From positions 1 through 64,000 of the IMG/VR virus record IMGVR_UViG_2706795974_000001: a stretch of 64,000 nt of DNA, one strand, 5' to 3'. The notes beneath the pieces were generated by a model. That model was not told the origin of the DNA. It worked only from the letters and a program-made list of their open reading frames with translations, and made no database searches. This DNA comes from a virus (Duplodnaviria; Caudoviricetes). The position numbers were made by a program, and so were the translations under genes. Below, one piece after another: positions 47,554 to 56,787 of the stretch (position 1 is its first letter; each line of letters opens with the position of its first letter).

Positions 47554-48053
47554 GCGATCTTTCCATGCTTGAACGGTCGGCTCAGGTTGTACCTGAACTT
47601 GAAGATGAACGATTCGGCGAGTGAAGCGTGGACGCCGTTGCGCTGCAACTCCTCCGCGTTGTCACCTAGGCGAATGATCTCGTCGGCGAACTCTGCGAAC
47701 ACTCCCTCTGGCTTGCGGATGGAGCCGTCTTCGTTGTATGGGTCTGGGTGGTAGCCGCCCCCCTTCTTGTCGTTGAACCACAGCGGCGGCTCGTTGGCCC
47801 GCCAGGATTCGAAGGCCTCGCTGATCTCCGAGTGGAGCAGGGCGGTAATCTGCCCGAAGTTGCGGGCGCCTCCCTCCTCGTGGAAGCCGTGGGCCTCGGC
47901 GTTTGTCCAGCAGGCTGCCTGGATCAGGTCTAGCGCTTGTGCGATGAGGGTCTCGCCCTCGGTGGTGAGCTCACCAGTCTTGTGGTTGTACATGTGCTGG
48001 ATGCTCGCACCTCCAATAAAGGGGGCTGCCTGCTGCTCTGATGGGTATGTCAT
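47550..48053 (-). CDS. MazG-like nucleotide pyrophosphohydrolase
   Basis: ALLHSEISEAFESWR..EFADEIIRLGD acidic helix motifs; AAGGAG RBS. Confidence 0.75.
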   Translation of the reverse strand: MTYPSEQQAAPFIGGASIQHMYNHKTGELTTEGETLIAQALDLIQAACWTNAEAHGFHEEGGARNFGQITALLHSEISEAFESWRANEPPLWFNDKKGGGYHPDPYNEDGSIRKPEGVFAEFADEIIRLGDNAEELQRNGVHASLAESFIFKFRYNLSRPFKHGKIA

Positions 48054-48063
48054 TGTGCTCCTT

Positions 48064-48633
48064 CTAAGGTGTCCACACATTATCGGAGATGTTTCCACCG
48101 CCGAGTTCTCTGTTCAGCATAGTCTCCCATGCCTCCCGTCCCTCCGGCGAGAACATTTCATCTGCTGGACAGATTGCAGTCTCTGCTGGAGAGAAGCCTT
48201 CGATGCTGTGGCGAATCTCGATCACCACGTAGGGAAGAGTTGATTGCCTTTGTGGGCCGATCAACCGCGCTAGGTTCTGGATTACCGCCCGGTCGTTGGG
48301 CAGGAACACACCCTGGAGCGCGTCCTCCGTTCCCTTTTGCATGTTGGTAACGTCGGCCCAATTTCGAGTTACAGTTTTCCCCTGCCGCGTCTTGTATTGA
48401 ATGAGCTGGCGGCTGAATGTGTACCGAATCGAATAGTAAGGGCCAGGCAAGATGGATGACCGCCCCTCGAGCTCGGCAACAAGCGCGTCCTGGTATTGCT
48501 TGAGCGTCTTGTTGGGCGAGACCTTGGGGAATGGCTTGCGGCCTGCGGTCACAACGTAGATACTTCCCATAGCCCAGGGCTCAGGGTTGAGCGGAAGGGC
48601 TGCAGCCACGACGTTGGGGTACGGTTCAGACAC
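48064..48633 (-). CDS. rusA: RusA-like Holliday junction resolvase
   Basis: DVTNMQKGTEDALQG..NDRAV catalytic motif. Confidence 0.8.
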   Translation of the reverse strand: MSEPYPNVVAAALPLNPEPWAMGSIYVVTAGRKPFPKVSPNKTLKQYQDALVAELEGRSSILPGPYYSIRYTFSRQLIQYKTRQGKTVTRNWADVTNMQKGTEDALQGVFLPNDRAVIQNLARLIGPQRQSTLPYVVIEIRHSIEGFSPAETAICPADEMFSPEGREAWETMLNRELGGGNISDNVWTP

Positions 48634-48991
48634 GAGTATCTCCGTAGCTGGTGCGAATGAGGCGGTACGTTTCGCTGACCTCCCAGACCCGCATGTGCAG
48701 GAACTCTGCGATGTTCAGCTCCATCATAGCTCCGCGTGATCCGCGCCAGCCAGGCATGAGTACCAGGTCGGTACACTCCAGCAGGCCCTTGAGGTCCTCC
48801 CGAACGTAGACCTGGTAGGGCAGATCGCCAGGCTCGCCCGGCAAGGTGCGCGCAATCTCCGCCGGGCTGACAACCTCGTAGCCGAACTTGCGTAGCTCCC
48901 TGGCGAACAGGTCGAATCGCTCGAAGTTGTGCCCCTCGACGCCGGTCATTGGACCCGCAAGGTAATACTTCTTGGGTAGCTCAATTGGCAT
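48626..48991 (-). CDS. DUF4406 / nucleoside 2-deoxyribosyltransferase-like protein
   Basis: YLAGPMTG..SPAE..LMPGWRGSRGAMMEL. Confidence 0.8.
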   Translation of the reverse strand: MPIELPKKYYLAGPMTGVEGHNFERFDLFARELRKFGYEVVSPAEIARTLPGEPGDLPYQVYVREDLKGLLECTDLVLMPGWRGSRGAMMELNIAEFLHMRVWEVSETYRLIRTSYGDTRV

Positions 48992-50124
48992 CAGGCACCT
49001 CGATCCTTTGGAATGTCAACGCGGGGCATGACTGCCGCCTCGAAGCCCTCGGCTGCGGTGAACTTCACCATCGAGGTGGTCTTGCTCGGGTTGTACATCA
49101 TGGTGATGTCTTTGCCCGGGGCCTTGGTCATGACTTCAGTGAATGTTTCGACCGAGAACAGGTACCTGACCATGTCATCATGCTCAGCTTCCGCGTGTAG
49201 CATGAGCGACTCCTCGATCTCCTCGGCAGAGTCGCGGTCCTTGATTGCCAGAGTCATCATGTCCCCGGCGATGTACAGGTCCAGGGCAATTTGTCGGTCT
49301 GACGAACCGATCTTCGACACCCTAGATAGTACACCCACGATAGTTTCCTTGTCAAACGAACACGAGGCTTCGTGCTCCTTCGACATCATTCTGTTCACCG
49401 GGTCAAACCGTTCTTCGAACAGTCCACATTTTATGTAGATGTCCTCGGTTGGGCTGATGATGAGGTTGTTCCCAAGTACGCCGACCTCGAGCTCTTCGAT
49501 ACTGCGGAGGATCGGGCCGATGATGCTGTAAGGCATCACCACATTGCTGCGCCCGTCAGCAAAGCTGTACTCGTTGGGCACACGAACAGCCAGCTTGCCG
49601 TTCGATGCGCAAAGGTATTCTTCGTCCATGTACACACCCGCCCTGGGCGGCAGCCCATCAGACGACACAGCCCAGCCGACCAGGTCGAGGCGCGACCCGA
49701 AGCCCTTCATCTGGAACATACCCTCGGGCTCGAACATGAACGACGCCTGATCGGGGTAGTCGCCACCTCGGATCAGAGGAGTGCTAGCCCTCATGCGACC
49801 GCTGGTGATGCGGAGCTTGCCGCCCTCGTCCTTGAACTTGCATGTACCGCTCATCGGCAGGTTCGAGACGATACCGTGGGTCGAGGAGGAGGCGACGCGC
49901 CAGGTCGTGGGCTGGTCAACCTCCATGTCCTTCGGGTACAGGAACTCAGTGTAGAACAGCTCGCCGTTGGTGGTCCGCAGGATGACTGCCTCCTCCTCGG
50001 GGTCGAGGTCGAACACGAAGCCCTTGTACATATCCAGCTCGCGCCCGCGAGTAGGGGCAACGATGTTGGCACGCTTAATTGCGTCTGCCAGTGTTGCGTT
50101 GTTGAACTCTACAACAGTCGCCAC
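48991..50124 (-). CDS. dnaN: DNA polymerase III beta sliding clamp
   Basis: 377 aa three-domain size; DYPD, LCASNGKLA and C-terminal AAVMPRV clamp-like motifs. Confidence 0.8.
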   Translation of the reverse strand: MATVVEFNNATLADAIKRANIVAPTRGRELDMYKGFVFDLDPEEEAVILRTTNGELFYTEFLYPKDMEVDQPTTWRVASSSTHGIVSNLPMSGTCKFKDEGGKLRITSGRMRASTPLIRGGDYPDQASFMFEPEGMFQMKGFGSRLDLVGWAVSSDGLPPRAGVYMDEEYLCASNGKLAVRVPNEYSFADGRSNVVMPYSIIGPILRSIEELEVGVLGNNLIISPTEDIYIKCGLFEERFDPVNRMMSKEHEASCSFDKETIVGVLSRVSKIGSSDRQIALDLYIAGDMMTLAIKDRDSAEEIEESLMLHAEAEHDDMVRYLFSVETFTEVMTKAPGKDITMMYNPSKTTSMVKFTAAEGFEAAVMPRVDIPKDRGA

Positions 50125-50125
50125 A

Positions 50126-50323
50126 TCACGTCCTTACCGAAAGAGTAACTGTCACCTGATCCACGCCACCACGGTCGTCCTTGACCACGCTGACATTGAA
50201 GTCAATATCCTGATCCCCGTCGAGCCCTGCAATGAGTGACTCGAGGTGAGAAACCTTGAGACCTCGGTACTGGGGATGCTTGTTGCTGAACTTGAGCTCC
50301 CTGCTGGAGCAGATCGCAGCCAT
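50126..50323 (-). CDS. Small hypothetical protein
   Basis: Fits the operon gap. Confidence 0.55.
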   Translation of the reverse strand: MAAICSSRELKFSNKHPQYRGLKVSHLESLIAGLDGDQDIDFNVSVVKDDRGGVDQVTVTLSVRT

Positions 50324-50325
50324 CG

Positions 50326-50952
50326 CTAAGCTCCCTGCAGGTCGGCGCAGGCTGCAGCCGGTCCGGTGACCCACTTGGCAATGCGACGCTCGAGGTCCAC
50401 CGAGTGACGCAGGTCCTCGAGTGCGCGGTGGATCGGCGCATCCGGCGGACTGACGTACTTACTCGGATCGTTGTCGATCTTATTCCACAGGTCGGGGCGG
50501 GTTGCCTTGAGCCGCTCCATGTCCGAGCTCGAGTCCACCACCCGGTAGTGGAAGTAGTCGTTGAGTTTCGGCATCTTCTGCTCGAGGAACTTGCGGTCGA
50601 AGTGAACCGAGCTTCCCCATACCGGCAGGCCCTTGATCTGGAAGTCCTTGAGACGCCCGAGGATGCGGGCCTCGACTTCCTCGTAGGTGCTGGTGGCGGT
50701 GCCGCTGTCGATGAACTTGCGGAGCTTAGGGAACAACCCGTTCTTGTTGTGCATTTCCCGCACCGGCTTGACAAAGCTGTCGTCATTCAGGCGCTGGACG
50801 ATCTGCGGAGTGAAGACAAGACCAGCCAGGGTCTGACCCTCGACCTGTTCCCAGGTGTCTGTGTCCACCACCATGATGGCGAACTCGATGATCTCCTCGG
50901 TTACCGGGTTCAGGCCGGTGGTCTCGAGGTCGATAAACACTGCCTTGCTCAT
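50326..50952 (-). CDS. orn: Oligoribonuclease (DEDDh exonuclease)
   Basis: FIDLETTGL..IIEFA, MHNKNGL, WGSSVHFDRKFL..YFHYRVVDSSS, HRALEDL; AAGGAG RBS. Confidence 0.88.
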   Translation of the reverse strand: MSKAVFIDLETTGLNPVTEEIIEFAIMVVDTDTWEQVEGQTLAGLVFTPQIVQRLNDDSFVKPVREMHNKNGLFPKLRKFIDSGTATSTYEEVEARILGRLKDFQIKGLPVWGSSVHFDRKFLEQKMPKLNDYFHYRVVDSSSDMERLKATRPDLWNKIDNDPSKYVSPPDAPIHRALEDLRHSVDLERRIAKWVTGPAAACADLQGA

Positions 50953-51143
50953 CTGCTCTCCTTGTCCCTGCTGACGATGTAGTCGCGCACGTCCTGAAGT
51001 GGAATCAGATACCCCTTCCCTGGCCGGTGCGCGTTCGGAAACTTGCCCGCCTTCACCAGCTCGCGCACGTGTCCGGTCGTGACGTTGAGGATCGCCGCCA
51101 CTTTCTTTGTGTCGAGCATGTCTCGCTCGGGTGCGACGTTCAC
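50949..51143 (-). CDS. Excisionase/MerR-like helix-turn-helix protein
   Basis: MLDTKKVAAILNVTTGHVRELVKAGKF..GKGYLIP; AAGGA RBS. Confidence 0.8.
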   Translation of the reverse strand: MNVAPERDMLDTKKVAAILNVTTGHVRELVKAGKFPNAHRPGKGYLIPLQDVRDYIVSRDKESR

Positions 51144-51414
51144 TGTCCATCCTTTCGTAGTAAGCGTCTGTCTTGGTACTCTCGGTGCGCTCGACGAGCA
51201 TGTACTTCCACAGAACCTCCGCGCACTGATCGCATATCTTCCTGGTTCTAGTAGAGGCTGGCGCGTTCCTGTAGTACCTGTCCCATTCGCACGAGTACTT
51301 GAAGTCCCACCGGCCCAGCTTCAACATCTTCACATCGAGGGGCACGATGTCGGCGTATTGGTCCTTTGGAAACTCGCACCCCCGCGTCTTCCAAGCGCAA
51401 CCTTCAGCCCTCAT
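51140..51414 (-). CDS. Cys-rich hypothetical protein (3' end ambiguous; frame runs into orn)
   Basis: ATGA overlap with the upstream gene and coding-like codons, but no in-frame stop before 50326. Confidence 0.5.
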
Positions 51415-51710
51415 GCCCCGAGATACACTTGCAACTTGATCGCGTTGAGGTCGTTGAGCACAGACTCGAGTGTTTCCACCCTCGCCTTGGCCTCGACATA
51501 TCGAGCTTCGGGCACGACGACCGAACCGTTGTTGGCCTTCTTGCGGAGCAAGTCTTTGTGGTTCCGCTGCTCGTCGGCGAAGATGCGACGTGCATCTACC
51601 AACTGGGCTAGCAGTGTGAACTCGATCTTGTCGAGAACGCGCTGCGCCTTGCGAGACTTGAACCACCCGGTGAACAGAGGCTGGTGTGCCTCGTATTGCT
51701 CTTGCGTCAT
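51411..51710 (-). CDS. Hypothetical protein
   Basis: ATGA overlaps on both sides. Confidence 0.75.
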   Translation of the reverse strand: MTQEQYEAHQPLFTGWFKSRKAQRVLDKIEFTLLAQLVDARRIFADEQRNHKDLLRKKANNGSVVVPEARYVEAKARVETLESVLNDLNAIKLQVYLGA

Positions 51711-53248
51711 AGCGTTCCCTCCAGTGCGGCGTTGAGCTTATCCATGAAGCTGCTTCCATCAGGACCCTTCGCCGAGCCGTTTCGGATGATCGTATCGAAG
51801 GAGTGTTCCTTGTCCTTGATGATCTGTTCGACACGATACTCCGCCGAGTTGCGGACCATGTAGTCGAAGACATGGATCGACTTGTGGCGCTCCGATCCGA
51901 CACGACGCAGGCGTCCGACGCACTGGTCGTTGAGTCCGGGGCTAAACTCCTTGCCGATGAACTGTGCGTGATTCGCAGCAGTCATGTTCAGGCCCACGCC
52001 CATAGCCTTGATGATCCCGATGATGACTCCAGGCTCCTTGTCGGCTTCCCACTCCTTGACGATGCCCTGTCGCTTGTCCTTGTCAACCCTGCCGTGAATC
52101 TCGTAGACCGGGGTGCCTGGCCGGGCAGCTTCGAGCCGACGCTTGTACGCTTCGAGCACCGGCGTGAACTGACTGAACACAATCAGCTTGTGGCCGTTGT
52201 CCAGAATCTCACAGGCGTCCTCGATGGCGAGGTCTAGCTTGGGGGACTCATCCCATTCCGGCACCAGCGTGCATGTCGAGGCGCAGATCTGACGAAGCCG
52301 CAGCTGTCGGACCATCGGCCACTCCAGCTTCTCGTCATCCTCCTCGGTCATGCCGGGAACGTACTTGGATAGCTTGTGCTCGGTGGCGAGGTAGTTGTAC
52401 ATCTCGCGGGGTCGGTCTACCAGAGACACCATGCGCTTAACGATCTGCACCTCGGGCAGGTCGATGACGTTGTCGATCTCACGACGCAGCATAACCTGGG
52501 ACAGTCGAGCCTTGAGCTGCCGGTCGTTCTTGATGGACATGACTTGCTTGCCGTTGAACCCGCCGAGTACGCAATACTTCGCCTTGAATCCAGCGAACGT
52601 TCCCCATTCGCCGGGGGTCACCCAGTCGAGCAGGGTCCACAGGTCATCGACCTGGTTTGTCATTGGTGTGCCAGACATGGCGAGCCGACTGCGTGCAGCA
52701 ATCTGGCTGATGTTCTTGTATGCGTTCGTCTCTTTGTTCTTGATGACGTGAGCTTCGTCGGCCACAAGGTAGTCGATGGTCATGGAGTTGAGCTGCTGGA
52801 TGTGGTCACCCAGTGCCTCGTAGTTCAGGACCAGAATCTTGTGGTTGTCAATCTTCTTGAACTCTTCGATCTGCTTGAAGCGGTCGATCATGTTGCCAGT
52901 CGCAACACAGTATGGGAGCTTGGTGAACTTGACGATCTCGTCCGCCCAGTTCATGCGGAGGGATGCGGGGACCACCGCCACCATGATGCAGCGCTTCTCG
53001 GGATTCTTCTTTACCGAAGCCCAGATGCGGACGCCGAAGGTGAACAGCGCCTGAATGGTCTTGCCGAGTCCCATCTCGTCACCGAGGATCGCGCCCCGCT
53101 TGTCCTTCAGCCACTTCACGCCCTCCTCCTGGTAGGGCTTCAGCTCGATCTCGGGACGAATCCAGTAGTCGAGCGAGCCGCGCGAACGGGGCTTAGCTGG
53201 TACGAAGGATGCTGGGGACGAAGGGGGTGCGCTTGCCGGTGCGCTCAT
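51707..53248 (-). CDS. SNF2-family (SF2) helicase
   Basis: GDEMGLGKT, LVADEAH, SGTP, GVGLNMT and QCVGRLRRVG motifs. Confidence 0.92.
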   Translation of the reverse strand: MSAPASAPPSSPASFVPAKPRSRGSLDYWIRPEIELKPYQEEGVKWLKDKRGAILGDEMGLGKTIQALFTFGVRIWASVKKNPEKRCIMVAVVPASLRMNWADEIVKFTKLPYCVATGNMIDRFKQIEEFKKIDNHKILVLNYEALGDHIQQLNSMTIDYLVADEAHVIKNKETNAYKNISQIAARSRLAMSGTPMTNQVDDLWTLLDWVTPGEWGTFAGFKAKYCVLGGFNGKQVMSIKNDRQLKARLSQVMLRREIDNVIDLPEVQIVKRMVSLVDRPREMYNYLATEHKLSKYVPGMTEEDDEKLEWPMVRQLRLRQICASTCTLVPEWDESPKLDLAIEDACEILDNGHKLIVFSQFTPVLEAYKRRLEAARPGTPVYEIHGRVDKDKRQGIVKEWEADKEPGVIIGIIKAMGVGLNMTAANHAQFIGKEFSPGLNDQCVGRLRRVGSERHKSIHVFDYMVRNSAEYRVEQIIKDKEHSFDTIIRNGSAKGPDGSSFMDKLNAALEGTL

Positions 53249-53474
53249 CAAGTAGCTCCCACTGGATCGGTTCGTAACTTCCTTCTTCGTTTCTGCCCTC
53301 GAGGAACTCGACAGGATAGCCGGGGAAATGTCGCTCAACCCAGTCGATGTACGCCAGAGCCTCGGCGACAGAGGAGGGGACTGAGGTACTCCAGACCTCG
53401 AACAGGTCTCCTTCTCGGTAACGGTAACCTCGGAAGACTCGGTCCGCTTCTTGATTAGTTGGAACACGCCTCAC
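53193..53474 (-). CDS. Hypothetical protein overlapping the helicase start
   Basis: GTGA overlap with the upstream gene; biased codons; 56-bp overlap with the helicase gene. Confidence 0.65.
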   Translation of the reverse strand: MRRVPTNQEADRVFRGYRYREGDLFEVWSTSVPSSVAEALAYIDWVERHFPGYPVEFLEGRNEEGSYEPIQWELLDERTGKRTPFVPSILRTS

Positions 53475-53761
53475 CCCCACTTCGTTTTGTGAAAACAACC
53501 GACGCACCCTCCATCTCGATCCAACGTATTGACTGCTTCTTCGAGACTGACGAAGTCGATGCCGCACCCTCGACAGGTGTGAGTGTCGGATCGAATGCCA
53601 GTCTTTTCCAGGTTGTACTGCCTGCGCTTGCTCTCCCGCTCGGCCTCCGTCCAGGCGGTGACGGCGGTTGTCTCTAGTAACTTCCGCAATGAATCGCGCT
53701 GCTCCTCGTTGAGCTGGTCAACGAAGTTCTTGAACCGCTCTTCTAGGCTTTCCGATGCCAT
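53471..53761 (-). CDS. Hypothetical protein with CxxC pairs
   Basis: GGAGG RBS; HTCRGCG..GCVGCFH. Confidence 0.7.
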   Translation of the reverse strand: MASESLEERFKNFVDQLNEEQRDSLRKLLETTAVTAWTEAERESKRRQYNLEKTGIRSDTHTCRGCGIDFVSLEEAVNTLDRDGGCVGCFHKTKWG

Positions 53762-53785
53762 TGTTTCCTCCGTCCTGTGGGCACT

Positions 53786-53827
53786 ATGAAAAGGGAACCG
53801 CCGCCAAAGTGACGGTTCCCTTTTCAT
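53786..53827. terminator. Bidirectional intrinsic terminator
   Basis: 15-bp inverted repeat ATGAAAAGGGAACCG-N12-CGGTTCCCTTTTCAT with U-tracts on both strands. Confidence 0.75.
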
Positions 53828-53877
53828 CCTATCCTACTGATCAGCGAGTGATCGGCACTCTAGCAGGGGAAGCCTGA

Positions 53878-54942
53878 TCAGAAGGGAGGCTCCTCATCTT
53901 CGTCGATCTGCACCGTGCCCGCTGCGGGAGCGGTGTCGGTGACCGGGGGACGAACCTTGCCCTTGGTGGAGATGACTACGTCCTCTGACTCCGGCTGCGG
54001 CTGCGGGCGAGCAGACTCGGGCTTGGGCTGCGGACGAGCGGGCTCTGGCTTGGGCTGCGGGGTTGCCGCAACCTCTTCGACCTCGGCGTCGATCACGTTG
54101 TTCTGGATGTCTCCATCGGGAACTGTGGCAGCTTCGGCCTCGGCGTCGTCATCGACACGCGGCATCGGGTACTGCAGGAGGTAAGCCTGCGCCGACTTGA
54201 ATGAATCGAAGTAGTCCTTGTAGGACTCGGGCGAGGTCTTGGCAACCTTGGTGAACACCGGGGTGCAGAACTTGACCATGCCGCGCTTGTTCACGTCGAG
54301 CGTGAGCTTGGTTGCGACCGTGAAGATCGGGGTCTTCTTGGCCGCGAACGGCGTGACGTAGGAGCGAGCGTTCTTGATACCCGACCGGCGAATGGTGAAC
54401 AGTGCCGGGAACCAGGCATCAGCATCCTCGGGGTCCTGGTAGAGCAGCGGGAAGGTCCACTCCTCGGAGCACCAGGGCTTCTTGCCGGACGGGTCGGTGT
54501 TCCACTCCTTGAAGTGGCAGTCACCACAGCCGATGCTGGGCATCGTGAGCAGGTTACCCTCGGGTCCGACCTGCAACGGCTTGGCATCTGCCGGAGTGTA
54601 CACGTCCTGGGCGGCCCATGGGAACTGCTTGGACTCGGGAAGCTCCGGGTCCATGTTGGGGAAACCGTTGCGGAAGTCGGGAGACTTGCACAGCGGCGGG
54701 TCTCCGTCGGGTCCGTCCGACATCTCGCCCCACATGATGCGCGACTTGTGAAGGCCGAGCAGGATGACGGTCAGCTCGGAGAACAGTTCCTCCGTCTGAC
54801 TGTTCTTGAATGCCGCCTCGGGATGGTCGATCGAGAGGCGGGGCATCGTCAGGTCGCGGGTGTCGAAGTCCTCGAGGCCGGTCTCCCCGCCCCACTCGAC
54901 AACGTCAGTACCCGTGGTCTGACTGGGCTGCAAAGAAGTCAT
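53878..54942 (-). CDS. Probable single-stranded DNA-binding/annealing protein
   Basis: Zn-like CGDC..WC insert, Pro-rich linker and acidic C-terminal tail DEDEEPPF typical of SSBs; strong codon bias. Confidence 0.55.
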   Translation of the reverse strand: MTSLQPSQTTGTDVVEWGGETGLEDFDTRDLTMPRLSIDHPEAAFKNSQTEELFSELTVILLGLHKSRIMWGEMSDGPDGDPPLCKSPDFRNGFPNMDPELPESKQFPWAAQDVYTPADAKPLQVGPEGNLLTMPSIGCGDCHFKEWNTDPSGKKPWCSEEWTFPLLYQDPEDADAWFPALFTIRRSGIKNARSYVTPFAAKKTPIFTVATKLTLDVNKRGMVKFCTPVFTKVAKTSPESYKDYFDSFKSAQAYLLQYPMPRVDDDAEAEAATVPDGDIQNNVIDAEVEEVAATPQPKPEPARPQPKPESARPQPQPESEDVVISTKGKVRPPVTDTAPAAGTVQIDEDEEPPF

Positions 54943-55021
54943 GCGATGATCTCTTTTCTTGTTGGCTTACTGGTTCATATGTTTCGCGGTGTTTCGTGAC
55001 GGTATCCCTACCGACCTGTTT

Positions 55022-55050
55022 ATATTACTACATATTGGGTGGTTTGTCAA
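55022..55050 (-). promoter_or_regulatory. SigA promoter for the SSB-like gene
   Basis: TTGACA-17 bp-TAATAT. Confidence 0.8.
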
Positions 55051-55370
55051 CCGAAACTTTGCGGACGTTTCTTTGCCATCAATCGGCTGTTCACCTTTTC
55101 TGAATATCTGATCCCCTTATGCTTAAGCCAGAGCTTGAAGTCCGTTTCGGCTACGCGCCAGATGGGCTTCTGATCCGGGGCGGCGATGTTGATTGCCCTC
55201 AATCGGTTCTTCATCGAGCCGACTGAACGGCCCGCAAGGAACAGCACTCGCTCCTCGAGGTACTCGGTCGAACAGTCGAGCATGAGCCCGACCTGCTGAA
55301 TGGTATAGAAGAACTCACGCGCCGGGAAGTGAACCTCCGACGTCATAACGTCTTCGTCGAAGGAGCTCAT
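55047..55370 (-). CDS. HTH DNA-binding protein
   Basis: FYTIQQVGLML..PIWRVAETDFKLWL MerR/Xis-like pattern. Confidence 0.6.
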   Translation of the reverse strand: MSSFDEDVMTSEVHFPAREFFYTIQQVGLMLDCSTEYLEERVLFLAGRSVGSMKNRLRAINIAAPDQKPIWRVAETDFKLWLKHKGIRYSEKVNSRLMAKKRPQSFG

Positions 55371-55726
55371 ACCGGAGTGATGGCGGACTGGTCGGCAGTG
55401 CGGATTGGCTTCCAGTGCCGACTGCAAACTTCCTCCATGTTCACGCCAGCTCGGGTGACCCCGAACATCAGTGCGTTGCAGTAGTTGTACACCTGCTCCG
55501 CCGCCCAGGGGTTGAGGAGCAGTGCGTACGCTCCGCCGTTGCCCTCGGGGGTACGGCGCTTCATGCTCTCCTGCTGGAGCTGGAGCATCATAGTGCGGAT
55601 GCTCTGAGGTGCGGCGATGCTGACGCTGTGATCTTCAAAGCGCACGTACACGTACCGGCAGTCGCCGAAGATTTCGGTGCCGGTCCAGACGACATTCTCG
55701 GGTGCCTGTGGGATGGTGATGCTCAC
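55367..55726 (-). CDS. Hypothetical protein
   Basis: GAGG RBS before GTG; ATGA overlap. Confidence 0.7.
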   Translation of the reverse strand: MSITIPQAPENVVWTGTEIFGDCRYVYVRFEDHSVSIAAPQSIRTMMLQLQQESMKRRTPEGNGGAYALLLNPWAAEQVYNYCNALMFGVTRAGVNMEEVCSRHWKPIRTADQSAITPV

Positions 55727-55728
55727 GG

Positions 55729-56025
55729 TTACCTCGCTTTCTGATATGCAGAGTACGCTTCGTGTGGTCGTGCGGCGAACAGTATCGAGCGTACTTCCTG
55801 TGTCTGTCGATCCCTTTCGATGATCGTCCAGTAAAAGATTTCCTTGCTGCTTACGAACAACCTGCACACCGACTCGATGCAGTGGCGTGGGGTGTACTCT
55901 CCCCAGCCCCTGCCGACTGGGTCACCTTCGCTGTCGTGCACTGACCAGTACCAGTGGCTAGCCTTCTCGCCGGCGGTGGTTGAGGACCCCGGCTTGATCT
56001 TGATGTGCCGGTAACGAGTGGTCAA
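55729..56025 (-). CDS. Hypothetical protein (YegP/DUF1508-like pattern)
   Basis: WYWSVHDSEGDPVGRG..EYTPR..CIESV. Confidence 0.5.
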   Translation of the reverse strand: MTTRYRHIKIKPGSSTTAGEKASHWYWSVHDSEGDPVGRGWGEYTPRHCIESVCRLFVSSKEIFYWTIIERDRQTQEVRSILFAARPHEAYSAYQKAR

Positions 56026-56149
56026 CGCCCAGTCCGCTTCCTCTTCTTGCGGGCCTTCTCCTTCTTCTTGAAGAAGCGTTCAGCTTTGGCCTGCGCCTTG
56101 CGATCCTCCTTCTCTACACGAGCTATGTAGTCGTCGAAGCTGTCCTTCA

Positions 56150-56776
56150 TCACTTACCTTTCGCACGGCGACGGCAGGCCTCGAGCCCGTCGCGCATTCC
56201 CTCGACAGTCAGGTGCTGGAAGTACAGGGGCTTGCGATGAATCTTCGCGTAACCGATCCGCTCCCAGCGGTTGAACACAGCGCCAATGGCTCCGGTGCTC
56301 GGGGGATTGTCTGGGTCGATCTGCTGGGCAATGAACTGTGGTGTGAGGAACTCGTCGAACTCGCCCATCATGCCTTGGTGGCACACGCGCTGGACCTCTG
56401 CTTCGAGTTGTCCCCGCCGCCGCTGGCCGGTGGGCGTTGCGGTGTAGGTGGGTGCCAATTCCACTAGCCCAGGAGCAATTTCGCTCGGACGTTCCCGTAC
56501 CACGGTGGTAGTGGTGACCCCCGACAATGGAGCACCGTCAAGTTCTTCTGTGGGTTGTAGGTATTCCGACAGATCTGGGTACACTGCCGGAATGTAGTTT
56601 GGGTTCTGGTGCAGCCTCCGCTCGGCACCTGCCGCCTCGTACATCTTGTTGAACTTGGTGTGGCAACTGCACTGGCAGACATCCAATAATGTACACACCT
56701 TCATCGGCTTGCCAGACGGGCTGACCGGAGCAGTCCCTTCGCAATGGCCGATGCCACAGAACCCCGTCTTGTACAT
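56150..56776 (-). CDS. Cys-rich N-terminus plus a probable winged-helix DNA-binding domain
   Basis: GFCGIGHC..CQCSCH; PSTGAIGAVFNRW. Confidence 0.65.
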   Translation of the reverse strand: MYKTGFCGIGHCEGTAPVSPSGKPMKVCTLLDVCQCSCHTKFNKMYEAAGAERRLHQNPNYIPAVYPDLSEYLQPTEELDGAPLSGVTTTTVVRERPSEIAPGLVELAPTYTATPTGQRRRGQLEAEVQRVCHQGMMGEFDEFLTPQFIAQQIDPDNPPSTGAIGAVFNRWERIGYAKIHRKPLYFQHLTVEGMRDGLEACRRRAKGK

Positions 56777-56787
56777 GTTATCTCCCT

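Noticed and set aside
50326-51903. 525-aa ORF as a single protein starting at 51903
   Set aside because: Its 5' part overlaps the helicase and the 99-aa gene in other frames. The recognisable domain (Orn) has its own RBS and start at 50952; only the 51414 read-through is kept as a finding.
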